This document shows, in pieces, positions 27,063 to 36,178 of a DNA stretch of 64,000 nt (position 1 is the first letter of the stretch; every line of letters starts with the position of its first letter). The stretch comes from a virus (taxonomy: Duplodnaviria; Caudoviricetes), in IMG/VR virus record IMGVR_UViG_3300044904_000088, positions 519-64,518 of that record. One strand, written 5' to 3'. Position numbers and translations under genes: made by a program. The notes below the pieces were generated by a model that did not search any database, was not told the origin of the DNA, and saw only the letters and a program-made list of their open reading frames with translations.

Positions 27063-27299
27063 CTAGCTGCCAGTGGCTACCCGCTCAATCAGGCCATCCT
27101 CATCCGGCAGGGTCGTCCACCGAAGAGCGATCGTCGCGGCGAGACGGGAAGCGACGCCCTCCTTGCGATAGACGGCTTGGACGTGGTGGTGGACGGTCGA
27201 GTACGAGAGCCCGAGTTCGGTCGCGGCGCACTTCTCGCTGTCAAGTCGGCAGACGGCGAGGAAGACTTCGAGCTCGCGATCACTGGGCTCGGCGCTCAT
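27063..27299 (-). CDS. LuxR-type HTH regulator (candidate late activator)
   Basis: SDRELEVF..K..ATELGLSYSTVHHHV..VYRK.GV.SR. Confidence 0.8.
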   Translation of the reverse strand: MSAEPSDRELEVFLAVCRLDSEKCAATELGLSYSTVHHHVQAVYRKEGVASRLAATIALRWTTLPDEDGLIERVATGS

Positions 27300-28825
27300 G
27301 CCATCCGCCAGAGGGAATCGTCTGGTGCCAGTTTGTCGACCACTGGCTCAGGTTCGTGGTTGTCCCATTCGACCGTCGCGCGCTTAAGCATCTGCGCCAA
27401 GTAGCCGGAGTTCAGGTCGATCAGGATCGAGCGGCGGCCTAGGGCGCGGCTCACCATACCTACGGTGCCCGAGCCGCCAAAGGGGTCGAGGACGACGCAG
27501 GGCACGAGCTGACGCGGCGTGAGAGTCAATGTCGCATCTCCAATGCCAAGAGCTGCAGTTTCCGGCGAGGGCGTCAGTGGGATTCGTGGGCGGTGCTTGC
27601 AGGTGGGATGCCAGCCGGTCGTCTCGGTTGAGCCAAGTCGGTTCCACTCCTGCCCACTTAGACGCCCCGCGGCATAGTTAGCGTCTGACTCATCATTCCA
27701 AGGTTGGTCTTGCTCGTGTGGCGCGAACTGCGAGAGGTCGGGCCGCACCTTCGTCGTCTCTCGATCCCACGGAACGCCGCACTCCGGGCAGCAGCCGCGC
27801 TCTGACGTGCCGGCCAGGATCATCGGCTCCACGAGCTTCGGAGGGAACGTGGCGAAATGGGCTTCGGGGTAGGGGGCTGTGGGGATTGTCCAGACGCTTC
27901 GCTTGTTGCGACCCGAAACGAGGATGTCCCGAGGTCCAGATGAGCCGGGGTAGGTGTTGTTCTCGTGCCCGGTGTTCTTCTGTGAGCCGTCGTAGGAGAC
28001 GACGCGCCCTTCGTTGATGGCGGCCTCCTTAATAGCCTCCGCGTCATAGAAGTACCGCGCGCTCCGCGTCAGCAGGTACACCATCTCATGAGCGGGCGTC
28101 GTGCGATCCGTGACAGAGGATGGCATCGGGTTCGGCTTGGCCCATACGATCTCGTCGCGGAGCCACCAGCCGTCAGCCTGCAACTCCAAGGCGACGCGGG
28201 CCGGGACCATCATGCGGTCCTTGGGTTTCAGACTCCCGAGGTCCATCCGCCGGGGCTCATATCTAGACGCGCCGTTGGCATGACCCTCGGGGTGAAAGCC
28301 GCCGCCGGCATCCCGCTTGCAGTTCAGACCGCTGGACGTGCCATCGCCGCCCGACCCTTTCGTCCCGCTGGCGTAGCTATCCCCCATGTTCAGCCAGACC
28401 GTGCCGTCCTTTCGCAGCACGCGCCGCACGCCTCGGAAGATCTCTACTAGGTGGGCGACGTACAACTCGATTGTGGGCTCCAAACCCAGGACGCCGAGCC
28501 ATGCGCCACAGGGACAGAAGTTGCCCATTGACGAAACAAAGGCGGTGCGTTGAGCGCTTGGATGCATGTCTCGCGGACCCACCACACCCTGCTGCCCGTT
28601 GCGGGATTGCTGTGGCGAGGATGACCGAACTCCGGCGCTACCGCCCCACTCGTGCTCGTGCGCCTCTCCGCCCCAAACGGTCGGCTCGATGCCGTAGTCC
28701 CGCAGTCCGAGATAGGGCGGGCTCGTCACGACGCACTGGACGGACTCGGGCTCCATCGCCGCCATGACTTCGCGACAGTCGCCAGAGTAGACGGTCAGCA
28801 TCCGGTCGGCGTAGTACGGCGTCAT
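27296..28825 (-). CDS. DNA N4-cytosine/N6-adenine methyltransferase
   Basis: GDCRE, VTSPPY.GLRDY, WLNMGDSY, IVWAKPNPMP, HFATFPP.L and VLDPFGGSGT motifs. Confidence 0.92.
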   Translation of the reverse strand: MTPYYADRMLTVYSGDCREVMAAMEPESVQCVVTSPPYLGLRDYGIEPTVWGGEAHEHEWGGSAGVRSSSPQQSRNGQQGVVGPRDMHPSAQRTAFVSSMGNFCPCGAWLGVLGLEPTIELYVAHLVEIFRGVRRVLRKDGTVWLNMGDSYASGTKGSGGDGTSSGLNCKRDAGGGFHPEGHANGASRYEPRRMDLGSLKPKDRMMVPARVALELQADGWWLRDEIVWAKPNPMPSSVTDRTTPAHEMVYLLTRSARYFYDAEAIKEAAINEGRVVSYDGSQKNTGHENNTYPGSSGPRDILVSGRNKRSVWTIPTAPYPEAHFATFPPKLVEPMILAGTSERGCCPECGVPWDRETTKVRPDLSQFAPHEQDQPWNDESDANYAAGRLSGQEWNRLGSTETTGWHPTCKHRPRIPLTPSPETAALGIGDATLTLTPRQLVPCVVLDPFGGSGTVGMVSRALGRRSILIDLNSGYLAQMLKRATVEWDNHEPEPVVDKLAPDDSLWRMA

Positions 28826-28829
28826 GCCA

Positions 28830-29010
28830 CTGGACCGATTGACTGGACCGATTGCCAGGCATCTGGTGGCCGCTGGTGGCTGCCCCTGGCCAGTCGGGCA
28901 CGAGGGAAAGGTGCGCGTCCTGAGTGAACAGAGGCCCCCACCATCTGAGGTGGAAACAGATGGTATTGAGCGTGAAACGGGCGATTCTGGACCGATTGCT
29001 GGACCGATTG
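28830..29010. repeat. Four copies of the 12-mer CTGGACCGATTG as two tandem pairs
   Basis: Copies at 28830-28841, 28843-28854, 28987-28998 and 28999-29010. Confidence 0.8.
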
Positions 29011-29045
29011 AGGGCGGCGGAGGGGCATCGACCGGTCCATCGGGG

Positions 29046-29543
29046 CTACTCGCCCCCGCGTCGATACTGGTTTGCAAAGGCGCGGTGGCCTGCAGTGTCG
29101 CCGAGCCGTGACGGCGCCATCAATTCATAGGACTCGATGACGGCGACGGCGCGTCCTGGACTAGCTGACTCGTGGTCATCTTCCAGCGACGAGCCCGGTG
29201 CCATTACCCAGACGCGCCGGGTGGCCTGCGGGGGGCCACTGCGATAACGCTCTCGCAGCAAACGACCAATCTTGTCGGCTCCGTCGATCCAGAACAATTC
29301 CCGCACCGCGTCGCCGAGGCTCTGGTATACATACTCGGGGATGAAATCGAGATGGCGGTGGTCTCCGCCCTCGTTCTCTTGCCAGGTCCAACCGTGAGAA
29401 CAGAGGCTGTCGCGCCAGCATTGACAGTCCTCGCCCGGATCGTAAATGACCCATACCCGGTTCACCCTTCGCCTCGCAGTTTCGCCGCCCACCATTTGCC
29501 CATATCGGCCACGGCCAAGTCCGGATGGTCGCAGACGGGACAT
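29046..29543 (-). CDS. Hypothetical protein (start uncertain)
   Basis: Part of the packed early-gene series. Confidence 0.4.
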   Translation of the reverse strand: MSRLRPSGLGRGRYGQMVGGETARRRVNRVWVIYDPGEDCQCWRDSLCSHGWTWQENEGGDHRHLDFIPEYVYQSLGDAVRELFWIDGADKIGRLLRERYRSGPPQATRRVWVMAPGSSLEDDHESASPGRAVAVIESYELMAPSRLGDTAGHRAFANQYRRGGE

Positions 29544-29646
29544 CGCAGCGCAGGCCGTCTACCGCTAGGCCAGGGAGGATTGGGCAGCGCGTGGCAGGGG
29601 CAATACCAGCCGGTCACACGGCAGAATCTCTGCTCGGCCGTCTCGC

Positions 29647-29964
29647 TCACCGTTCGCCCCGCTTGGCCGCGGCGAACCAGCGGTCGACCTCGCGGCCGAT
29701 CCGGATGGCCAGCGTGACCTTGGGGTCGCAGTCCGAGTACGACAGGCCGAACAACCATGCCGCCTCTGCGGCCTCCTGGACCGAGACGGTCCAGCGTTCT
29801 AGCACGAGCGAAACGAGGGGCCAAGCCGCCCCCGCCGCGAGATCACTGAAAGCGTCGTTCAGCGCCTCCATGTGTGCGGACATCGTGCCGGGCCAGCCAC
29901 AGCCAGCCTCCGCCCAATCGCGGAGCCGTTGCGCTCGTGCCTCGCGCCGCTCTCGGGTGGTCAT
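29647..29964 (-). CDS. Hypothetical protein
   Basis: GGAGAGG RBS; coupled ends. Confidence 0.5.
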   Translation of the reverse strand: MTTRERREARAQRLRDWAEAGCGWPGTMSAHMEALNDAFSDLAAGAAWPLVSLVLERWTVSVQEAAEAAWLFGLSYSDCDPKVTLAIRIGREVDRWFAAAKRGER

Positions 29965-30300
29965 GGCCTCTCCCGGCGGTTGTACGTCACGACGATCGTC
30001 TGCTCGCAGCCCACCGCGTGGCCGGTCCGGCGTGCGTGAAGACTGGCCAGAGCCATCCCGTTTCGCCGGTAGGAACCCGACCAGCCGCAGTCATGGCACT
30101 CGACGGAGCTGAAGACCACGCCGGACCAGCGGTTGCGGAGCGGCGGCAGCCTCATCGCCGGTACTTCCGACGCTTCGGTCTTGGTGCCGCCCAAGCCCAT
30201 AGATAGCGCTCATACCGGTACTGCGCCCGGGCTGCAAAGACGATGAGGGTCGTCCCTGCCGCTATCACCAGAGCAACAGCAGCGCCGACCAAGGCGTCGC

Positions 30301-30480
30301 TCATCCCAGGACCTTGCGCCGCGACCAAAGCCAGCGCCAGAAGACCCCGGGGGCGATTCGGACCATGAGCAGCCAGAAGCCCGGGTGGCGACGGTTGACC
30401 TCAAAGGTGAAGATGACCGAGCGGCCATCGGGCGCGAGTTCGGGCTTTCCCACCTGCCGCAGATAGCCGGGGAGATTCAT
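30301..30480 (-). CDS. Small hypothetical protein
   Basis: MNLPGYLRQVGKPEL.. with ATGA coupling. Confidence 0.45.
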   Translation of the reverse strand: MNLPGYLRQVGKPELAPDGRSVIFTFEVNRRHPGFWLLMVRIAPGVFWRWLWSRRKVLG

Positions 30481-31034
30481 CGCAGCACCTCCGCGATGTC
30501 CGCCAGTTGACTGGGCCGCCAGACGAAGACTTCGATTCGTGGAGCCCGGGCGGCGGATTTGTCCATGCCATCGCACACGCCGTCCATGTAGGAGCGGAGC
30601 TTCATCGGCGGCAGATCGTCGGGCAATTCGGTCACGTCGACCACCAGGCACCGCAGCAAGTCCAGGACAGCCGCCTGGCGCGCGGACAGTTCGCGGGCTT
30701 CGCCTTTGAGTTCGGCGAAGATCAGCCGGCGATCGCGACGGCGGACCAGAGTCAGGTCGGGCCAACCCTTCTCGGCCTGATGCATGGCGCTCGCCGCGTG
30801 GTAGACGAGTCCGGGCAGTACGTCCTCGTCTTTGTAGCCGCAGGACCAACCGCCGCGATGCACGAGTTCCATGACCTTGGCCCGGAACTGGTCCTTGCCC
30901 TCCTCGTTCATCCACAGCCAGGCTGGATCGATCTCGTGGCCATCGGCGGTGTGCGTCTTCCGGCCGCGGCGGATTGGCGGGACCGGGAGCAGGCCGAGGT
31001 CCTGCGCCTGGGCGACGGTGTAGCGGAGGGTCAT
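30477..31034 (-). CDS. VRR-NUC domain nuclease
   Basis: KGWPDLTL..LIFAELK...LS..Q..VWRP PD-(D/E)xK pattern. Confidence 0.85.
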   Translation of the reverse strand: MTLRYTVAQAQDLGLLPVPPIRRGRKTHTADGHEIDPAWLWMNEEGKDQFRAKVMELVHRGGWSCGYKDEDVLPGLVYHAASAMHQAEKGWPDLTLVRRRDRRLIFAELKGEARELSARQAAVLDLLRCLVVDVTELPDDLPPMKLRSYMDGVCDGMDKSAARAPRIEVFVWRPSQLADIAEVLR

Positions 31035-31336
31035 GGCAGCCAGTCCTGTTTCGGTCCCACCAATCGGTCGAACTCGGGATAGGCCATTAGCCGGGCGGCG
31101 AGACTAGCGGTGGAGTGGGCGCCCCGGCGCTCCATGAGCCTGCCTAGCGTCTTGGCAAGCGTGCCATATGCGATGCCAAGGGCGCTGGCAGCTTCCTTGT
31201 AGCCACCGCACCGCACGACGGCGGCGGCGACTTCCAACTGACGGGGCGTAGGTGTGGACCCGTGCATTGCAGTCAGCGACTTGACCGCGACCGGTTGGTC
31301 TCGGAAAAGATGAACAGGTCCACACTTGCGCCTCAT
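31031..31336 (-). CDS. LuxR/LysR-like HTH protein
   Basis: TPRQLEV..GYKEAASALGIAYGT. Confidence 0.7.
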   Translation of the reverse strand: MRRKCGPVHLFRDQPVAVKSLTAMHGSTPTPRQLEVAAAVVRCGGYKEAASALGIAYGTLAKTLGRLMERRGAHSTASLAARLMAYPEFDRLVGPKQDWLP

Positions 31337-31412
31337 CGCAGCACCGCCCCGAGTACCACGCCGACGAACAGGCCCACGAAGAAGCCGAACGCCGCGAAGT
31401 CGAGGCGCCAGC

Positions 31413-31856
31413 TCATGGCAGTGTCCGCTCTGAGCCATCAAGGTTCAGCCAGGGGTGCCTTGGCGTCGGCGGACGGTCCCAGTGGCTCAGCCCGTCACCG
31501 CGCATGTCGCCGAACCAGACAAGCTCCCAGTGCAGGTCGGTCGGCTCGCCGTCCCGAATAGACCACTCACGGCGGAGGCACCTGAGGCGGCCCAGGCCCC
31601 GGTCTGCGCCGTAGGCAAGCACTGCCGCGAGCGCCCGCCAGCCCTCGCAACGAGAACCCGCAAACGCCACGGTCGGCTCAGGGTAGGCGTGGTTCTGCCC
31701 ACCCTGGCAAGACTCGAAAGTCTCAATACCGGCTTGATCAAGCAACTCGACAGCGGCTCGGATGCCGGGGTCCAGCTCGTCCAGTGTTTCAGACGACAGA
31801 CGGCCCTTTCCCAGACGCGGAGCACCAATGCTCGGGAGCATTTCGGAGACGGTCAT
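31413..31856 (-). CDS. Hypothetical phage protein (LDPGI..L...GIETFESCQG family)
   Basis: Conserved-looking TxxSCxG motif, reminiscent of TYW3-like N-termini. Confidence 0.55.
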   Translation of the reverse strand: MTVSEMLPSIGAPRLGKGRLSSETLDELDPGIRAAVELLDQAGIETFESCQGGQNHAYPEPTVAFAGSRCEGWRALAAVLAYGADRGLGRLRCLRREWSIRDGEPTDLHWELVWFGDMRGDGLSHWDRPPTPRHPWLNLDGSERTLP

Positions 31857-32269
31857 GGTCTTGGCTCGCCGAACTTCGAGCAGCACCAGTACTCGAACTG
31901 GCCGCCGCCCGTATCGGACAGGATGTAGTCATGGACGCACCCGAGCGGCTCCCCGATGGTGGCGCTCTCGCCCATCTCGACCTTTATGCCGACCGTCGGT
32001 TCCCCGGTGCCCGCGTGGGCCAGGGTCGGCTCCAGGGCTGCGCGGGCGAACGCGAGATCCTCTTTGAGAATGCGACGAAGACGCTTGGAACCATACCGTT
32101 CGGCGTGGACGGTGAGGTGTCGCAGCGCCGCTCGCAGCCGCTCGATTTCACGGTCGCCCTCGGCGGCTTCGGCCATGCGGATGAGTTCGAGGGCCTCGTC
32201 GCCGAAGATGCCAGCGGTCTGCGTGCTGACGATGCGTTCCCTGAGTTCGGCTAGTCGCTTCAGATCCAT
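31853..32269 (-). CDS. Hypothetical protein
   Basis: MDLKRLAEL.. after GGAGG. Confidence 0.5.
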   Translation of the reverse strand: MDLKRLAELRERIVSTQTAGIFGDEALELIRMAEAAEGDREIERLRAALRHLTVHAERYGSKRLRRILKEDLAFARAALEPTLAHAGTGEPTVGIKVEMGESATIGEPLGCVHDYILSDTGGGQFEYWCCSKFGEPRP

Positions 32270-32694
32270 TCGTCCTCCTCCTTCGGCGGCTCGGCATCGG
32301 GCGTGACGGGGGCGGCTGGCTCGGGCAGTCTGCCCTTCTGCAGGTCGCCAATTAGCGCCGGGTTCAGCGGCGGGGGCACCGGAGCTGACCGCGTAAGAGG
32401 CGCCGGTTCCCGCTTCGCGTCCGGCTGCTCGCCGCGCTCGAGCAGCGGCCAGGCCTCGCCGGCGGCCAGGACACGGGACCGGCAGGCGTCGACGTCGAGG
32501 CAGCGCGGGATCGTGGTGATCTGCTTGCCGTCGGATCCGGGCTCGCGCCACCAGGCGGGCTTGAGCCAGACCTCCGCCGTCGTCGCCTCGAGCCCACAGA
32601 GCAGGCAGGTGGCGGGCTGCGGACCTCGGCCTTCCGCGTCGACCGGGAAGTCGCGCTCGGTGTCGAAGTACGGCTGGGGCTGGCTCACGACCAC
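32260..32694 (-). CDS. Hypothetical Cys-containing protein
   Basis: CLLC..RCLD..AC. Confidence 0.5.
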   Translation of the reverse strand: MVVSQPQPYFDTERDFPVDAEGRGPQPATCLLCGLEATTAEVWLKPAWWREPGSDGKQITTIPRCLDVDACRSRVLAAGEAWPLLERGEQPDAKREPAPLTRSAPVPPPLNPALIGDLQKGRLPEPAAPVTPDAEPPKEEDEWI

Positions 32695-32919
32695 AGCCCC
32701 TGAAGAGGTGGCAGTTGGACCGGGGCTGGACGGGTCTTTTCGGGACAGATTCGGGGTTCGGGGATGACGCGCTGGTGGGCGTCCGTGCTCACGGGCTGCT
32801 CCCGGGAGGCCATTTCGGCCCCCCTGACAGAAAACATGCCAACCTGGAGGCGGCGAATAAGGAGCGCGCGGGACAGGGAGAAGCGGCCTCGCGCCCCGTC
32901 GCGACCTATCCCCCTACCC

Positions 32920-33624
32920 TTATGCATCATCGCCGCTTCCTATCCATTCGTCTGGCGTTCTATCCACGACAATCGGCTTGACGGCCGGGATTTGATCTGT
33001 AGGGTGCGCCGCGTTCCACGCCGCCGCTCGCTCCGCCAGATTCGCCAGCGCCCGGGAATCAACCTCCGGGGTCCCCTCGAGCAACTGACGAGGGCTACGC
33101 CCACTAGCCCGTAGCGTCTCGCCTCTTTGTCGTCTTGAATTCCGGTACCCCCTTTTAGGGGGTAAGGGGGTAGTAGATTCATATGGGACGGGACGGGGGC
33201 TAGCCCCGCGTGCTTGGATTGTGCTTAGCACTGTGCTAGCGGCTTGCTTAGCACTCTGCCTGCCGTCTGCTAAGTCGCTCGCCTGCCCTCTGGCTCGGGC
33301 GTAGCCACCCTTGCGGCCGGCCTCGACCTTCTGTTCACGCTCAATCTCGACCTGGTCGCGGCTCTTGTTGCGGCTCAGGAAGTCGTGGATGGCGTAGCCC
33401 TCGCCCTCGTGGTCGAACAGCCCCGCCTCGACCAACCTCTCGGCGAGTGCACAGGACCCGCCGAGAGTTCGTATGCGGTTCAAGTCGAGTTTGCCGTCAG
33501 TTAAGTACCGGTTCGACCACGAGATCGCGAGGAAGTACAGGCCGATGCAGGGCAGCCGCTGGCGACCGAGGGCCAGCACCTTCGGGTGGTCGTAGAAGTC
33601 GTCGTCCACGCGGCCCCAGGGCAT
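32920..33624 (-). CDS. Phage replication initiator-like protein
   Basis: PWGRVDDDFYDHPKV..LTDG..LVEAGLF..Y.IHDF; coiled coil, then PRPVP..PLPP low-complexity linker. Confidence 0.75.
   Translation of the reverse strand: MPWGRVDDDFYDHPKVLALGRQRLPCIGLYFLAISWSNRYLTDGKLDLNRIRTLGGSCALAERLVEAGLFDHEGEGYAIHDFLSRNKSRDQVEIEREQKVEAGRKGGYARARGQASDLADGRQSAKQAASTVLSTIQARGASPRPVPYESTTPLPPKRGYRNSRRQRGETLRASGRSPRQLLEGTPEVDSRALANLAERAAAWNAAHPTDQIPAVKPIVVDRTPDEWIGSGDDA
33211..33274. repeat. Iteron-like repeats inside the replication gene (putative origin)
   Basis: TGCTTAGCACT at 33222 and 33245, plus TGCTTGG, TGCTAGC and TGCTAAG variants; locally lower GC. Confidence 0.55.
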
Positions 33625-33909
33625 CTAGGCACCTCCCTGCTGGGCAGCCAGCATCTCGCGCTGTATCCCCCGTCGCGCCTTGGCTCTGGCGCGTTCGAGC
33701 TCGACATGACGCCAGTAATACCGGTGGCGCCGGAGTCGCGCTCCCGCCTTCCGGTTCTCCCGGCAACAGGCCTTGCAGCGGTGCCAGCCGCGCTTCTGGT
33801 ACCAGAAATCGTTACTGAGCGGCCACCAGGAATGGCACTGTTCGCAGCGCATCTCGGGCTCGCCGCGGAAGCGGATGGCGTGCCAGGGCGGAAGATTGTC
33901 CACATGCAT
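33625..33909 (-). CDS. Zinc-finger protein
   Basis: CEQC..W.PL..F....CKAC and basic tail. Confidence 0.6.
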   Translation of the reverse strand: MHVDNLPPWHAIRFRGEPEMRCEQCHSWWPLSNDFWYQKRGWHRCKACCRENRKAGARLRRHRYYWRHVELERARAKARRGIQREMLAAQQGGA

Positions 33910-33911
33910 GG

Positions 33912-34262
33912 CTAGTCGACCGTCTCGACAGTTTCGAGCGAGGGCGGCTTGGCCTTGACCGCCCGGGCGGCGGCGAAGCGGTCACTGATCGCCTGGCGCT
34001 GCCCGGGACTGAGGTTCATCACGCGCTTGGGCGCATCTGTGGCCGCCGGGGCGGCCTTGTGGCCTTTCTTCTCCGGCAGGTAGGCCTCGCAGTCCACCGT
34101 GGCGCTCAGGACGAGCGTGAGGCCCGCAGGGAGGCCCTGATCGTCGGCGACGTACATCTCGCCACCGAGCTTTTCGATCGCCGCGCGCCACCCGCACACG
34201 AGTTCGTGCAGGCAACTGGCGCAGGGCGCCGAGATCGCAACTCGGGTGTTCGCGATAGACAT
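33912..34262 (-). CDS. Hypothetical protein
   Basis: AAAGGAG RBS; CASC.H..VC..C; C-terminal LSPGQRQAISDR. Confidence 0.55.
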   Translation of the reverse strand: MSIANTRVAISAPCASCLHELVCGWRAAIEKLGGEMYVADDQGLPAGLTLVLSATVDCEAYLPEKKGHKAAPAATDAPKRVMNLSPGQRQAISDRFAAARAVKAKPPSLETVETVD

Positions 34263-34607
34263 CTGGCGGATCTCCTTTCTCGCCGGCAATGCCGGCTCGT
34301 CTTCGTCGCGTTCCTGGCCGCCCGGCTGGCCGTTGCAGCGGCCAGCCGGCTCGCATCTCCTGAGCGAATGGCAGCAGGCAGTCATGGCAGGGCAGCACCC
34401 GGTCTTGCCGGGCGCTCCAGCCGTTCCAGCGAGCCAGTTCCTCGGCGTCGAAGCAGAGCGGGACGAAGGCCGGAGCCTGTTCAGAAGGCTGCTCAGAAGT
34501 AGACGGCTCCGGCTCGCTGCCTTTCGCGCGCCACTCGCGGCTGAACACGCGAACGCCGTCATCGGCGTGGCGCTGGGCATGCCAGGAGGTGGGCGGCGGG
34601 GCCTTGG

Positions 34608-35579
34608 TCATTGCTTAGTCCCACCCTTCGAGCAGTCGCCGCCCGATGACTTCGATGACTTGCGGCACGACGGCGTTTCCGAGGGACCTAAGTCGGTCCA
34701 CCCGAGAGGGAACCCCATGAGCCACTCGACCCACGTTGGGTTCAACGAGCCACCAACCTGATTGGCTAGTTGCTCCCCGTGGTCCACCTTCCGGGGCGTA
34801 TGCGTCCGGGGATGGGCCGTCGGAGTCGCCCAACGTTCGTTGAGGGCTGTCTGAGCCAGTGACGGTGCCCCTGTCCGCTTGCGGTCCTGAGCCCCCCGTA
34901 GCGTCCGCCCATCCCGTGCTGTCATCGTCGGGAAACGGCGGTAGAACTCCGTCCGGCTCATCCCACTCGAGCGTTTCCCCGAGCAGGGGCGAGGCGTGGG
35001 ATAGCGGGTCGCCTGCGAGTAGGCTGGCCGTCGTGGATCGGAACCCGCGAAACGCGCTTGGTCCTGATCCTGCGCAGTCACCATTGAGTTGGTGGGCGTG
35101 GGCCACGATGTAGACCCGATAACGGAGGTGGGGGGCACCGATGGCCGCAGCAGGTATGCAGTCCCATTCCGCGTCATACCCGAACGCGACCAGGTCCCCG
35201 AGTACGTCCCCGAACCCTCCGTGAGCCCCAAGGAGCCCTGGGACGTTTTCCACGAGGACGAGTCGGGGTCGTAGCTCGCGAATGGCGCGTGCGAACTCGG
35301 GCCAGAGCCATCGCTCGTCGGCCTGAGCGAGTTGCTTTCCGGCGACGGAGACGGGCTGGCAGGGGAAGCCTCCAGCGAGGAGGTCGACCCGCTCGATTCC
35401 GCTCCAGTCGATGGTGCGGATGTCGCCGTAGCGGGCCACATCGGGCCAGTGCTTGGCGAGGACGCGGTTGCAGAAGGGGTCGATCTCGACCTGCCAGCGT
35501 GGCGTCCAGCCTGCCCGTTCGAGGCCGAGGTCGATGCCGCCGATGCCAGCGAAGAGGCTGCCGAAGGTACGCACGTCAC
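34608..35579 (-). CDS. Overlapping-frame C5-MTase beta-like subunit (true start uncertain)
   Basis: Frame open along the whole MTase gene; WSRSGMTRNG, repeated W/YPTP and LNPTWVEWLMGFPLGWT (motif IX-like). Confidence 0.7.
   Translation of the reverse strand: MTCVPSAASSLASAASTSASNGQAGRHAGRSRSTPSATASSPSTGPMWPATATSAPSTGAESSGSTSSLEASPASPSPSPESNSLRPTSDGSGPSSHAPFASYDPDSSSWKTSQGSLGLTEGSGTYSGTWSRSGMTRNGTAYLLRPSVPPTSVIGSTSWPTPTNSMVTAQDQDQARFAGSDPRRPAYSQATRYPTPRPCSGKRSSGMSRTEFYRRFPTMTARDGRTLRGAQDRKRTGAPSLAQTALNERWATPTAHPRTHTPRKVDHGEQLANQVGGSLNPTWVEWLMGFPLGWTDLGPSETPSCRKSSKSSGGDCSKGGTKQ
34615..35574 (-). CDS. C5-cytosine DNA methyltransferase, alpha-like subunit
   Basis: SLFAGIGG (I), GGFPCQ (IV), ENVPG (VI), H.R.RVYIVA (VIII) and LGNAVVP (X); motif IX is not evident in this frame. 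Confidence 0.9.
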   Translation of the reverse strand: MRTFGSLFAGIGGIDLGLERAGWTPRWQVEIDPFCNRVLAKHWPDVARYGDIRTIDWSGIERVDLLAGGFPCQPVSVAGKQLAQADERWLWPEFARAIRELRPRLVLVENVPGLLGAHGGFGDVLGDLVAFGYDAEWDCIPAAAIGAPHLRYRVYIVAHAHQLNGDCAGSGPSAFRGFRSTTASLLAGDPLSHASPLLGETLEWDEPDGVLPPFPDDDSTGWADATGGSGPQADRGTVTGSDSPQRTLGDSDGPSPDAYAPEGGPRGATSQSGWWLVEPNVGRVAHGVPSRVDRLRSLGNAVVPQVIEVIGRRLLEGWD

Positions 35580-36169
35580 GGCACCCGCCTCTCGCTCGGC
35601 TCGATCCACGGCAGCCCGAGCGCGGTGTAGACGCTCTCCTCGCTCGGCGTCGGGATGACCGGGCAGGTGCAATCCTCGCGGCCCGGCGTGCCAAGGCCCC
35701 TGTGCAGCCGTCCGCCGATGACGTGGAAGCCCCTATGGCGGGCGTAGGTCACCAGCCACTGGCTGTAGTCGGCTGGACCCGTTCTGATCAGGAGGATCAG
35801 GCCCCATTGCTCTGCGGTCGTCAGGAACAGGTCGACCTGCATGCCACTGGCCAGGTGGCGCAGCTTGACGTAGCGATCGCCGCCGGAGAGCCGTTCCAGC
35901 ATCGCGCTGTGCGTGCGCTCCGGCCGCTCGCCTTCGAGCATGGCCAGCGTCTCGGATAGGACGCTCACCTGGGCGGTGTCGCCCCACAGGCTCGCCGGCT
36001 CCTCGCGGTACCGCGGGATGGCCACGAACTCGATGTCGCCCACGTCCGCCTTTTCGCGGCGGACCGAACCCGCTACTCCGAGGCGGACGCAGGACGGGGC
36101 GAGTTGGCCATAGATCTCCTGGGCGACGCGGGCGGCGTCGGCGAGGGGTAGGCGGAGGCCAGTGCTCAT
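35576..36169 (-). CDS. Minimal family X DNA polymerase/nucleotidyltransferase (palm and thumb only)
   Basis: AGSVRR.K..VGDIEFV, QVDLF, WG..L..RTGP and EE.VY..LGLPWIEP.ER motifs. Confidence 0.85.
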   Translation of the reverse strand: MSTGLRLPLADAARVAQEIYGQLAPSCVRLGVAGSVRREKADVGDIEFVAIPRYREEPASLWGDTAQVSVLSETLAMLEGERPERTHSAMLERLSGGDRYVKLRHLASGMQVDLFLTTAEQWGLILLIRTGPADYSQWLVTYARHRGFHVIGGRLHRGLGTPGREDCTCPVIPTPSEESVYTALGLPWIEPSERRVP

Positions 36170-36178
36170 GGCGCGGAT

